Assembly (NCBI GenBank): GCA_048359995.1
Contig: DBGCPK010000005.1
Location: 56,585-120,584 of the forward strand
Origin: Bacilli bacterium
GTDB taxonomy: Bacteria > Bacillota_I > Bacilli_A > RFN20 > CAG-449
DNA: 64,000 bases
Direction: 5' to 3'
The position numbers and the translations under genes were made by a program. Below, one piece after another: positions 28,013 through 36,422 of this stretch. The first letter of the stretch is position 1; each line of letters begins with the position of its first letter. Under the pieces are notes generated by a model. It made no database searches. It saw only the letters and a program-made list of their open reading frames with translations, and was not told the DNA's origin.

Positions 28013-29026
28013 ATGAATCGAGTTAAAATGGCGGACTTCTTGGTTGAACTCAGAAAAGAAAAGGGATTATTGCAGCAAGAAGTCGCGGAAATTTTTATGG
28101 TTACGACTCAGGCGGTCTCTAAATGGGAAAGAGGAGAATCCATTCCCGACATTTCCATTTTAGAAAGAATATCGGAATTTTACGGAGTTACCATCGAGGA
28201 GATTCTCAACGGAGAACGCAAGGCAAAACCGGCTTCGGAAGGAGAAAAAGATATGGGGGAGCAACCGGAGAGGAGAAAAATCGAAATCGCCAATATCGTT
28301 GTCGCCGGAGTGGCGTTACTGCTTCTTCTGATCTTTTCATCGCTCGGGTATACGGCGGGATATATTGACGACTTTTTCGTCAGCTTCTCTTTATATGATT
28401 TGATTTTTAAAGGTACGGGATTAGGCAATATCATTTTGCTTTTGGCTTTTCTATCGATGATCGGGGCGACGATATTGGACATTTTGGTCGGCGCGGGAAT
28501 CAAGTGCGAAGGAAAATTGGGCCTTTTCCGCGATTTTTTACTCGTCGGTGTGACGGGCGCATTCTTCGGAAACATAGTCGCACTTTATCATCTGGAAGCG
28601 GGGGCTTTTATCCTCTTAATTTTATCTGTTGTTTATTTGGTTCTGATGCTGACACTTCCGTCTTATCGAAACGCGCGGAGAGAAACGATATCGAAAAAAG
28701 GTCACTTTTTAAGTACGTATATCGGCATTGGCGTCGTTGTTTTTGCCCTATGTACTCCGGCCGAAACGACGATGTCGCTGTTAATTTCATACATACCTCT
28801 TTTCGCAACGCTCGCGATCATCGTCGGCGGATATTTCGCCAAAGGAAAAGCCGTTGAAATCTTAAAGTTGATTTTCACGGCGATTTCTGCGATCTTGCCT
28901 TTTATCTACGCCATATACGGCAGCGCAGGAAACGCATTCGTCTTCGGGTCGGGCGCACTGCTGATTTACTTCGTTGTAATGCTTGCTGTTCCTGTACTCC
29001 GAATAAAAAATCTGGTGAAAGAATAG
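28013..29026 (+). CDS. XRE-family HTH DNA-binding domain fused to polytopic membrane domain
   Basis: N-terminal HTH_3 (LRKEKGLLQQEVAEIFMVTTQAVSKWERGE) and more than six hydrophobic helices. GAGGAGG RBS. The ORF track starts at TTG 28004, but ATG 28013 is more likely. Confidence 0.75.
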   Translation: MNRVKMADFLVELRKEKGLLQQEVAEIFMVTTQAVSKWERGESIPDISILERISEFYGVTIEEILNGERKAKPASEGEKDMGEQPERRKIEIANIVVAGVALLLLLIFSSLGYTAGYIDDFFVSFSLYDLIFKGTGLGNIILLLAFLSMIGATILDILVGAGIKCEGKLGLFRDFLLVGVTGAFFGNIVALYHLEAGAFILLILSVVYLVLMLTLPSYRNARRETISKKGHFLSTYIGIGVVVFALCTPAETTMSLLISYIPLFATLAIIVGGYFAKGKAVEILKLIFTAISAILPFIYAIYGSAGNAFVFGSGALLIYFVVMLAVPVLRIKNLVKE

Positions 29027-29098
29027 CGCGAAAAGATCGGGATTTTACAATGATTATCATTTATGCTATAATATCCGCACAACGAAAGGAAAATCAGA

Positions 29099-29374
29099 AT
29101 GTATAAGAAAGATTTAGCGAAAATCGTCGCGGAAAAAACCGGCGCAGCGCCGAGCGAGGTGAATCGGATTGTGAACGCGACTCTGGAAACGATCGCGGAA
29201 ACGCTTGCCGACGGAGATAAGGTAACCTTGATCGGTTTCGGAACTTTCAAGACCGCGCGGAGAAGCGAGAGAACGGGGAGAAATATCCGAACAGGAGAAA
29301 CGATCGTCATTCCTGAAACGATCGTACCCGCTTTCAAATCGGGCAAACGATTGAAAGACCGCGTGAAACGTTAA
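29099..29374 (+). CDS. hup: HU-family nucleoid-associated DNA-binding protein
   Basis: 91 aa; GFGTFKTARRSERTGRNIRTGETIVIPE beta-arm motif. Confidence 0.9.
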   Translation: MYKKDLAKIVAEKTGAAPSEVNRIVNATLETIAETLADGDKVTLIGFGTFKTARRSERTGRNIRTGETIVIPETIVPAFKSGKRLKDRVKR

Positions 29375-29389
29375 AAAAAGAAAAAGGGA

Positions 29390-29421
29390 AAAGCAAGAGG
29401 AAAAAATCTTGCTTTTTTTGT
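29390..29421 (+). terminator. Rho-independent terminator after hup
   Basis: Stem AAAGCAAGA/TCTTGCTTT with an 8-nt loop, followed by a T7 tract. Confidence 0.7.
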
Positions 29422-29504
29422 TGAAAACGAATACAAAGGATAAATTTCTTGTGAATATCCGCGCTTTTTTGTAAAATAGAGAAGAATCGTAAAGGAGACG
29501 GATT

Positions 29505-31442
29505 ATGGAAGAAAAATTGACGGATCAAGAGATCGTCCGACGGCAAAAAGTAGAAAAACTGAAAGAATGGGGAATCGATCCTTTCGGGCAGGCTTACGAG
29601 AGAACGGCGTGGTCGAACGAGATTCGGGAAAAGGTGCGGGGATTGACGCACGAAGAGGCGGAAAATCTGAACTTGAATGTGTCTGTCGCAGGAAGAATCA
29701 TGTTTATCCGAAAAATGGGAAAAGCGAGTTTTTTCGCCATTCAGGACTTAAAAGGAAAAATTCAGATTTATATCAGCGTCAACGATGTCGGAGAAGAAAC
29801 GTATACCTTGTTTAAAACGGCGGATGTCGGGGATATCGTCGGAGTCAAGGGCAAAGTGATGTTGACCCAGACAGGCGAACCGACGGTGAAATGTTCGGAA
29901 TATACGCATTTGACCAAAGCGCTCAGACCATTGCCGGAAAAATTTCACGGGTTGACCGACAAAGAAGAACGTTACCGTCGGAGATACGTGGATTTGATTA
30001 TGAACGAAGATGCCAAGAAAACGGCATTGATGAGACCGAAGATCATTCGTGCGATTCAGGAATACTGCGATGGTCAAGGTTTTGTCGAGGTTGAAACGCC
30101 CGTTCTGCAACCGATTCAGGGGGGCGCTACCGCGCGACCTTTTGTCACGCACCATAACGCGCTGAACAAAGACTTCTATCTTCGGATCGCGACGGAACTT
30201 CCGTTGAAAAGATTGATCGTCGGAGGATTGGAGAAGGTCTATGAAATCGGACGACTTTTTCGGAACGAGGGAATGGATCTTACGCATAATCCCGAATTCA
30301 CCACGATCGAACTCTATGAAGCTTACGGCGATTTGTCTTCGATGATGAAAATCACCGAAGAGATGATTCGTTTCGCGGCGAAAAAAGTTGCCGGCAAAGA
30401 AGAATTTATCGATATTTTTCACCCGAGCGGCGAGAAGATCGACCTTTCCAAACCTTTCCGAAAAGTGACGATGTGCGAAATGATCGCGGAAGAAACCGGC
30501 ATCGATTTCAAAAACCGCAGATATACGTTGGAAGAAGCGAAGAAATTGGCTGTCGAACACGGAGTAGAAGTGGAAAAACACTTTACGATCGGTCACATCA
30601 TCAACGGGTTTTTTGAAAAATATTGCGAAGAAAAGCTGATTCAACCGACTTTCTTATGCGCTCATCCCGTGGAAATTTCCCCGCTTACGAAGATCGATCC
30701 GGAAGATGATCGTTTCGTTCAACGCTTTGAACTTTACATCGGTGGACACGAATTCGCGAATGCGTATACCGAGTTGAACGACCCGATCGAGCAGAAGAAT
30801 CGCTTTCTCGAACAACTGAAAGAACGGGACGCAGGGAACGACGAAGCCAATGAGATGGACGTCGACTTCATCGAAGCGTTGGAATACGGTATGCCTCCTT
30901 GCGGTGGGGTCGGAATGGGAATCGACCGCTTGGTGATGTTTCTGACGGAACAGGTTTCGATTCGTGAAGTGCTTTTATTCCCGACGATGAAAGTCATCGG
31001 AGATACGGACGCGTTAAAAAAAGCCGAAAAGGCAATACGGACGGAAGGCAAAACGACGGAAAAGATCGACTTCTCCGATGTCAAAATCGAGCCGTTGTTC
31101 GAAGAGACGGTCGATTTCGAGACGTTTAGCAGATCCGATTTCCGCATCGTGAAAATCGAAGCCTGCGAAGCGGTGGCGAAGAGCAGGAAACTTTTGAAGT
31201 TTACCTTGAATGACGGAACGGATCGGAAACGCACGATACTAAGCGGCATTCACGAATATTACGAGCCGGAAGATTTGATCGGAAAGAAGGCGGTGGCTAT
31301 CGTCAATCTGCCTCCGAGAGCCATTATGGGCATCGAATCCGAAGGAATGCTGATCTCCGCCGTACATCGAAACGGCGATCGGGAAGGACTGCACCTTCTG
31401 ATCGTCGACGACGATATTCCCGCGGGCGCGAAACTTTATTGA
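29505..31442 (+). CDS. lysS: Lysine--tRNA ligase (class II) fused to C-terminal Myf/EMAP-type tRNA-binding domain
   Basis: Full class-II LysRS core with motifs 1-3, plus a C-terminal domain of about 150 aa (ILSGIHEYYEPEDLIGKKAVAIVNLPPRAIMGIESEGMLISA) matching the MetRS/CsaA tRNA_bind fold. Confidence 0.9.
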   Translation: MEEKLTDQEIVRRQKVEKLKEWGIDPFGQAYERTAWSNEIREKVRGLTHEEAENLNLNVSVAGRIMFIRKMGKASFFAIQDLKGKIQIYISVNDVGEETYTLFKTADVGDIVGVKGKVMLTQTGEPTVKCSEYTHLTKALRPLPEKFHGLTDKEERYRRRYVDLIMNEDAKKTALMRPKIIRAIQEYCDGQGFVEVETPVLQPIQGGATARPFVTHHNALNKDFYLRIATELPLKRLIVGGLEKVYEIGRLFRNEGMDLTHNPEFTTIELYEAYGDLSSMMKITEEMIRFAAKKVAGKEEFIDIFHPSGEKIDLSKPFRKVTMCEMIAEETGIDFKNRRYTLEEAKKLAVEHGVEVEKHFTIGHIINGFFEKYCEEKLIQPTFLCAHPVEISPLTKIDPEDDRFVQRFELYIGGHEFANAYTELNDPIEQKNRFLEQLKERDAGNDEANEMDVDFIEALEYGMPPCGGVGMGIDRLVMFLTEQVSIREVLLFPTMKVIGDTDALKKAEKAIRTEGKTTEKIDFSDVKIEPLFEETVDFETFSRSDFRIVKIEACEAVAKSRKLLKFTLNDGTDRKRTILSGIHEYYEPEDLIGKKAVAIVNLPPRAIMGIESEGMLISAVHRNGDREGLHLLIVDDDIPAGAKLY

Positions 31443-31512
31443 TAAGAACGCCGGATAACGGATTCGACACCGAAGATTCATAATCCGCTTCGGAAAGGAG
31501 TATAATGGGAAT

Positions 31513-32082
31513 ATGGAAAAAGAAAAGAAAGTCATCGTCGGCAAAGGTACTCGCGTCGATCCGACTTGCGTTTTTGAGGGGACGGTCGTCATCGGTGAAA
31601 ACTGCACGATCGGACCTTTTAACGTTTTAAAAAATATGACGATCGGAAACGGGAATACGATCAATCATTCTTATCTGGAAGATTCTTCAATCGAAAACGA
31701 TTGTATGATCGGCCCGTATACTCACATTCGGAATCAGTCGCGGATCGGATCCGGCTGTCGGATCGGAAACTATGTCGAAATCAAGAACAGCGTGCTGCAT
31801 AAGGAAGTGAAATGCGCGCATTTGAGTTATATCGGCGATTGTGAAATCGGGGAAAATACCAACGTCGGTTGCGGCGTCATCACCGCAAATTACGACGGGA
31901 AGACCAAGCACCACACGCACATCGGCAAAAATTGTTTTATCGGGTGCAATTCGGTTTTGATCGCGCCGATCGAAATCGACGACGATTCGTTTATCGCCGC
32001 AGGGACGACATTGACGTCGTCTTTATCGAAAAAATCCTTTGCGATCAGCCGCAGCGAACTGAAAATTAAAGAACGAAAATAA
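31513..32082 (+). CDS. Left-handed beta-helix (hexapeptide-repeat) acetyltransferase, GlmU C-terminal-domain-like, standalone
   Basis: AHLSYIGDCEIGENTNVGCGVITANYDGKTKHHTHIGKNCFIGCNSVLIAP closely parallels the GlmU acetyltransferase domain. There is no N-terminal nucleotidyltransferase domain. Confidence 0.7.
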   Translation: MEKEKKVIVGKGTRVDPTCVFEGTVVIGENCTIGPFNVLKNMTIGNGNTINHSYLEDSSIENDCMIGPYTHIRNQSRIGSGCRIGNYVEIKNSVLHKEVKCAHLSYIGDCEIGENTNVGCGVITANYDGKTKHHTHIGKNCFIGCNSVLIAPIEIDDDSFIAAGTTLTSSLSKKSFAISRSELKIKERK

Positions 32083-32083
32083 A

Positions 32084-32126
32084 TTAGCACTCTTTTGTTG
32101 ACATTGCTAAATTTTTGGCTATACTA
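32084..32126 (+). promoter_or_regulatory. htpG promoter (TTGACA-16-TATACT) overlapped by CIRCE-like element TTAGCACTC-N9-cAtTGCTAA
   Basis: Perfect CIRCE left half-site TTAGCACTC at 32084-32092 and a right half matching 6/9. -35 TTGACA at 32098-32103 and -10 TATACT at 32120-32125. Confidence 0.5.
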
Positions 32127-32169
32127 TTATTTGATGCTGAAAAAAGCAAACGAATAAGGGAGGCAAAAA

Positions 32170-34104
32170 ATGGAATCTAAGATAGAAACCAAAGAATTTA
32201 AAACGGAATCGAAGAGACTTTTGGATCTGATGATTCACTCGATTTATACCAACAGGGAGATTTTTCTAAGGGAACTGATCTCCAATGCCAGCGATGCGAT
32301 CGACAAGTATCATTACCTGTCTTTAAGCGACGACCATTTGGAAAAAGGGCGAACTTTCGAGATAAGAATTGCGCCTGATAAGGAGAGCAGAACGCTGACG
32401 ATCGAAGACAACGGCATCGGCATGACCTACGAAGAAATCGACAGTAATCTGGGAACGATCGCTTCCAGCGGATCGGCTGAGTTTATCAAGAAAATGCAAC
32501 AGATGCAGGAAGAAAAGAAAGAGGACGTCGACATCATCGGACAATTCGGCGTCGGGTTCTATTCTTCGTTTATGGTCGCCAAAAAAGTAGAGGTGGAGAC
32601 GAAATCGCCTTTCAGCGGAAAAGCCTATCGCTTTTCCAGCACTGGTGAAGACAATTACACGATCGAAGAGATCGATAAAGAAGACGCGGGGACTCGGATT
32701 ATTCTTCATCTGCGAGACGATCAAGGCGATGACGAATACGGCAGTTTTCTGGAAAGTTATGAAATCGAATCGCTGGTAAAGAAGTATTCGGATTATATCC
32801 GTTATCCGATTCGAATGAAAGTCAGCGAAAAAGTGAACGACGTCGATGAAAACGGCAAGGAAATCGAGGGAAAATTCCACGATGTCGTCGAAGATAAAAC
32901 CTTGAATTCGATGCTTCCTCTTTGGAAAAAGAACAAAAGCGAAGTCAACGAAGAACAACTCAACGAATTTTACAAAGATAAATTCTACGCGGGCGAAGAT
33001 CCTTTGCTTTCTTTGTTCGTCAAACTCGAAGGCGATCCGTCGTACAACGCTTTGCTGTTCATTCCGAAGAAAGCCCCGTACGATCTGTATTCGGAAAAAT
33101 ACGAAAAGGGCTTGCAACTATACACCAAAGGCGTCTTTATCATGGATAAGTGCAAAGATCTTTTGCCGGATTATCTCAAATTTGTCAAAGGTCTGGTCGA
33201 TTCTTCCGATCTGTCGCTCAACATATCCAGAGAGATTTTGCAGCAAAACGGCGAATTGAAAAAGATCGCTTCATCGGTGGAAAAGAAAATCATCAAGGAA
33301 CTCGAAAATCTGAAAGCGAACGATTTCGACAAGTATCAGGAATTTTTCAAAACGTACGGCGTTCATTTGAAATGGGGGATCTACGAGTCTTACGGAATGA
33401 AAAAAGACCTTCTTCAAGACCTTCTCATCTATTCCTCGATCAACGAAGAAAAGATGATCTCTTTAAAAGAATATAAGGAAGCGATGAAAGAGGGGCAGAA
33501 AGCGATCTACTATGCTTCCGGAAAGGACAAATCGTCGATTCTGAATCTTCCGCAGATGGACGCGATGAAAAAGCACGGCTATAATGTTTTGATTTTGACC
33601 GATGAAATCGACGAATTCACTTTGAGGATTCTCCGCGAATACGATAAAACCGAATTCAAAGCGATCACCGACGAGGATCTCGATCTGACCACAGAAGAAG
33701 AGAAAAACCGCGTCGAAGATCTGAAAAAGGAAAACGAATCGTTGCTCAATAAGATTAAAGAGACGTTAAACGGAAAAGTTTCGGATGTTCGTCTCTCGTC
33801 ACGTTTGGTCGATTCTCCGGTTTGTTTGGCTTCGACGGAAGGACTTTCTTTCGAAATGGAAAAAGTTCTCAACAATATGCCGAACGGTGAAAATGTCAAA
33901 GCGGGAAGAATTCTGGAAATCAATCCGAACCACGATCTATTGAAAGCAATCGGAAAGGTGTACGAAGACGATCCGAGTTTGATCGAAAAATACGCGGATC
34001 TGTTGTACAACCAAGCGCTTTTGATCGAGGGTCTTCCGATCGAAAATCCGGCGGAATTCTCCAAAAATATGTGTGACTTGATGATTTTATCCGCGAACAA
34101 GTAA
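32170..34104 (+). CDS. htpG: Molecular chaperone HtpG (Hsp90)
   Basis: N-terminal GHKL ATPase motifs (IFLRELISNASDAIDK, IGQFGVGFYSSFMVA); 644 aa. Confidence 0.95.
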   Translation: MESKIETKEFKTESKRLLDLMIHSIYTNREIFLRELISNASDAIDKYHYLSLSDDHLEKGRTFEIRIAPDKESRTLTIEDNGIGMTYEEIDSNLGTIASSGSAEFIKKMQQMQEEKKEDVDIIGQFGVGFYSSFMVAKKVEVETKSPFSGKAYRFSSTGEDNYTIEEIDKEDAGTRIILHLRDDQGDDEYGSFLESYEIESLVKKYSDYIRYPIRMKVSEKVNDVDENGKEIEGKFHDVVEDKTLNSMLPLWKKNKSEVNEEQLNEFYKDKFYAGEDPLLSLFVKLEGDPSYNALLFIPKKAPYDLYSEKYEKGLQLYTKGVFIMDKCKDLLPDYLKFVKGLVDSSDLSLNISREILQQNGELKKIASSVEKKIIKELENLKANDFDKYQEFFKTYGVHLKWGIYESYGMKKDLLQDLLIYSSINEEKMISLKEYKEAMKEGQKAIYYASGKDKSSILNLPQMDAMKKHGYNVLILTDEIDEFTLRILREYDKTEFKAITDEDLDLTTEEEKNRVEDLKKENESLLNKIKETLNGKVSDVRLSSRLVDSPVCLASTEGLSFEMEKVLNNMPNGENVKAGRILEINPNHDLLKAIGKVYEDDPSLIEKYADLLYNQALLIEGLPIENPAEFSKNMCDLMILSANK

Positions 34105-34236
34105 AAAGATTTTTTAAATCCTTCGGATCAAAAAAGGCTTTCTCGTCATCGATGAGAGAGTATAACCTTGCGATCGGGAGGATTTTTTTGTGAAATCTTC
34201 GCAAAGAAAACGAATTTAATCGGATAGACTCATCGT

Positions 34237-35145
34237 TTAAATCAACTTTTCTCTCAGCAGAACGGTTCCGAAGGATCGGCCGAGCCGAAGCTCGCTTAGT
34301 GCGTCATAATGATAGATATCCGGATTCTCTTTCGGTTCCCGATCGTAAGTCAGTCCTTCCGAAATCGTATCGATGAAGAAATGGAGATAAGGATTTTCTT
34401 CGGCTAGTTTCTTTTTCGCATCGTTGATCGTAGCGTAATGAGTCCAACTCGGACAGTCCGAGATTCCTCCGTCGATAAAACCTATTCCCTTTTCCGAAGC
34501 GTAGAAAGAAATTTCTTCGATAATATCCTGAACAAACTTTTTTTCCAATCCGTAGTAAGCGGTCGCATTGTTCCCCGATGCGTCGCTTTCGCCTTGCATC
34601 CAACAGAAAGCGCGGATAACGGGAATCAAATTCATCTCTTCGAGTCGATGAAGGGACTCGTAAACGAATGCGATCAATTCGGTATAGAGTTCCGATGTTC
34701 CGAATTCGGAAGACGGAGAATGCCAGTCATTGTACAGCGTTGTTCCTCCGACAGCGTATTTGATGAGATAAGTTTTCTTTTGAATTCCGGCCTCTTTCAG
34801 CGCTTCGGCAATGCCAAGCTCGATGCCGAATCGATCCGTAGAGACGCCCATTCCCTCTTTTACGGGAATAAAGCCGTCGCTTTTGTTTGTGCCGCGATTG
34901 CACGAGAAACGGATCAGCGTATTTCCGAATCCGTTTTTAAAATTCTCTCTTTGCTCTTCGTCCGTATTCTCTCTGAGATAGGAGACGTGAGAGTGCCCTT
35001 CGCAATTGGACTGACCGGCAAGAATCACGACGTCGACGATTTCGGGAACTTCTTTTTCCTCAGAAGCGACGGAATCGATGCGCAAATCGGTGACGGAGGA
35101 TTTCGAAGAGGCGAACGAACAACCGGATAAGCATAACTTATTCAT
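34237..35145 (-). CDS. SGNH/DUF303-type carbohydrate (sialate-like) O-acetylesterase, possible lipoprotein
   Basis: ILAGQSNCEG (GQSN block). N-terminal MNKLCLSGC lipobox-like, but the leader is short, so localisation is uncertain. Confidence 0.65.
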   Translation of the reverse strand: MNKLCLSGCSFASSKSSVTDLRIDSVASEEKEVPEIVDVVILAGQSNCEGHSHVSYLRENTDEEQRENFKNGFGNTLIRFSCNRGTNKSDGFIPVKEGMGVSTDRFGIELGIAEALKEAGIQKKTYLIKYAVGGTTLYNDWHSPSSEFGTSELYTELIAFVYESLHRLEEMNLIPVIRAFCWMQGESDASGNNATAYYGLEKKFVQDIIEEISFYASEKGIGFIDGGISDCPSWTHYATINDAKKKLAEENPYLHFFIDTISEGLTYDREPKENPDIYHYDALSELRLGRSFGTVLLREKLI

Positions 35146-35239
35146 AAAACGATTTCAATCTCCTTGAAAATAGAGTATAATACATTAACGTTAATGTCAA
35201 CGTTTATTGCATTTGGAATTGATTTTGAAGGGAGAAAAT

Positions 35240-36208
35240 ATGAAAAAGAAATCGAATTTGATTCGACAACAGGATATCGCCGACGCATTGGGTGTTTCCC
35301 TCAACACCGTTTCGCACGCATTGAGGGACTGCAAGGATATCTCTAAGGAAACGATCGCCAAAGTCAAAGCGAAAGCGCAGGAGTTGGGATACATATCCAA
35401 CAACATCGCTTACTATCTTGTCAACGGAAAGACGAACTTCGTGGCGATCATTTTTCCGTCGTTGCAGAATCCGTATTACTTGATTATGATCACTTATCTT
35501 TTAACCGAATTAAAAGAAAGGCATCTCGACGGACTGTTGATTCCGTTGAACAGCGTCGTCGATAGTCAGACGGTGGAAAAGGTGATGCTCAATCGATGCG
35601 GAGGTGTGATTACTTTCGTCGAATTGGAAGAAAACGTCGCTAAGATTTTCGAGGAAAGGAACATTCCCGTCATCCTTTTGGGATCGAATTCGCCGTATTC
35701 TTCCGTAGACTCGGTTTATACCGACGACGAAGACGGAGGAAAGCAAATCGGGCAAGTATTTTTATCTTCCGAGTGCAAAAAAGCCCTTTACATCGGCAAC
35801 GCTTTTACGGAAACGTCGAAGCGGAGAGCCGGAGGATTTCTCCGGTGTATACAAGGCAAAAAAGAAGCTGAAGCGTATTTCCTTTCGCTTGATGAGTATG
35901 GAAATTTTGACAAAATGTACGAATTCATCGAAAAAGGAGGATTTGATTTTATCTTTACGCACAACGACGAATTGGCGATTACGATTCGGCGGCACTTCAA
36001 TTATCCTGCAGACGGAAAAGTAAAATTGTTCGGTTACGACGATGTTTCCGGATATCTAAACGTCTGCGAGCGGATCAACAGCGTTTCTTCGTCTTATCAG
36101 GAAATCGCCCGATATACCGCGGATTTGATGAAAAAGCGATTTGACGGCGACGATGCCGAACGACCTCACCGAAAAAGATTTCCGGTCAAAGTGGTTTACA
36201 ACGTATAA
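35240..36208 (+). CDS. LacI-family transcriptional regulator
   Basis: N-terminal HTH IRQQDIADALGVSLNTVSHALRD and a periplasmic-binding-protein-like core. GAAGGGAG RBS before ATG 35240. Confidence 0.85.
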   Translation: MKKKSNLIRQQDIADALGVSLNTVSHALRDCKDISKETIAKVKAKAQELGYISNNIAYYLVNGKTNFVAIIFPSLQNPYYLIMITYLLTELKERHLDGLLIPLNSVVDSQTVEKVMLNRCGGVITFVELEENVAKIFEERNIPVILLGSNSPYSSVDSVYTDDEDGGKQIGQVFLSSECKKALYIGNAFTETSKRRAGGFLRCIQGKKEAEAYFLSLDEYGNFDKMYEFIEKGGFDFIFTHNDELAITIRRHFNYPADGKVKLFGYDDVSGYLNVCERINSVSSSYQEIARYTADLMKKRFDGDDAERPHRKRFPVKVVYNV

Positions 36209-36385
36209 AAACTCCGAAATAACTGCGTGCGTTTTCAGCTTCTATCGCGTCAACCCAAGAATGACGGCTTAACGGGAAAAGATAAATCCGTGAAAAGACT
36301 TGCGGGATTCCATTCACAGGGCGTAATTGAATTAAACATTATCAATAATGGAATGGAAAATGATCGAAAGTCTGTTACAATAAGG

Positions 36386-36400
36386 ATGCGGGAATATCCC
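36386..36400. promoter_or_regulatory. Palindrome GCGGGAATATCCCGC upstream of galT, candidate LacI-family operator
   Basis: Perfect 6-bp arms around ATA, 23 bp upstream of the galT start and adjacent to the LacI-family gene. Confidence 0.3.
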
Positions 36401-36422
36401 GCGGGAAAGTTCGGGTGCGATT

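Noticed and set aside
29422-29504. T-box leader upstream of lysS
   Set aside because: The interval is too short (about 80 nt) for a T-box and contains no T-box consensus (AATTAGGGTGGTACCGCG-like). It is more likely a simple promoter (TTGTGA...TGtAAAAT).
29748-30644. 298-aa minus-strand ORF inside lysS
   Set aside because: Antisense to a gene with unambiguous class-II LysRS homology. Its composition is dominated by codon complements (F/R/K-rich) with no motifs.
32323-33117. 264-aa minus-strand ORF inside htpG
   Set aside because: Antisense shadow ORF of a highly conserved gene; low-complexity F/R-rich translation.
34120-34200. Bidirectional terminator between htpG and the convergent esterase gene
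   Set aside because: An ATCGAT-centred imperfect palindrome and a downstream T7 run exist, but the stems are short and contain bulges. It was not reported as a confident feature.
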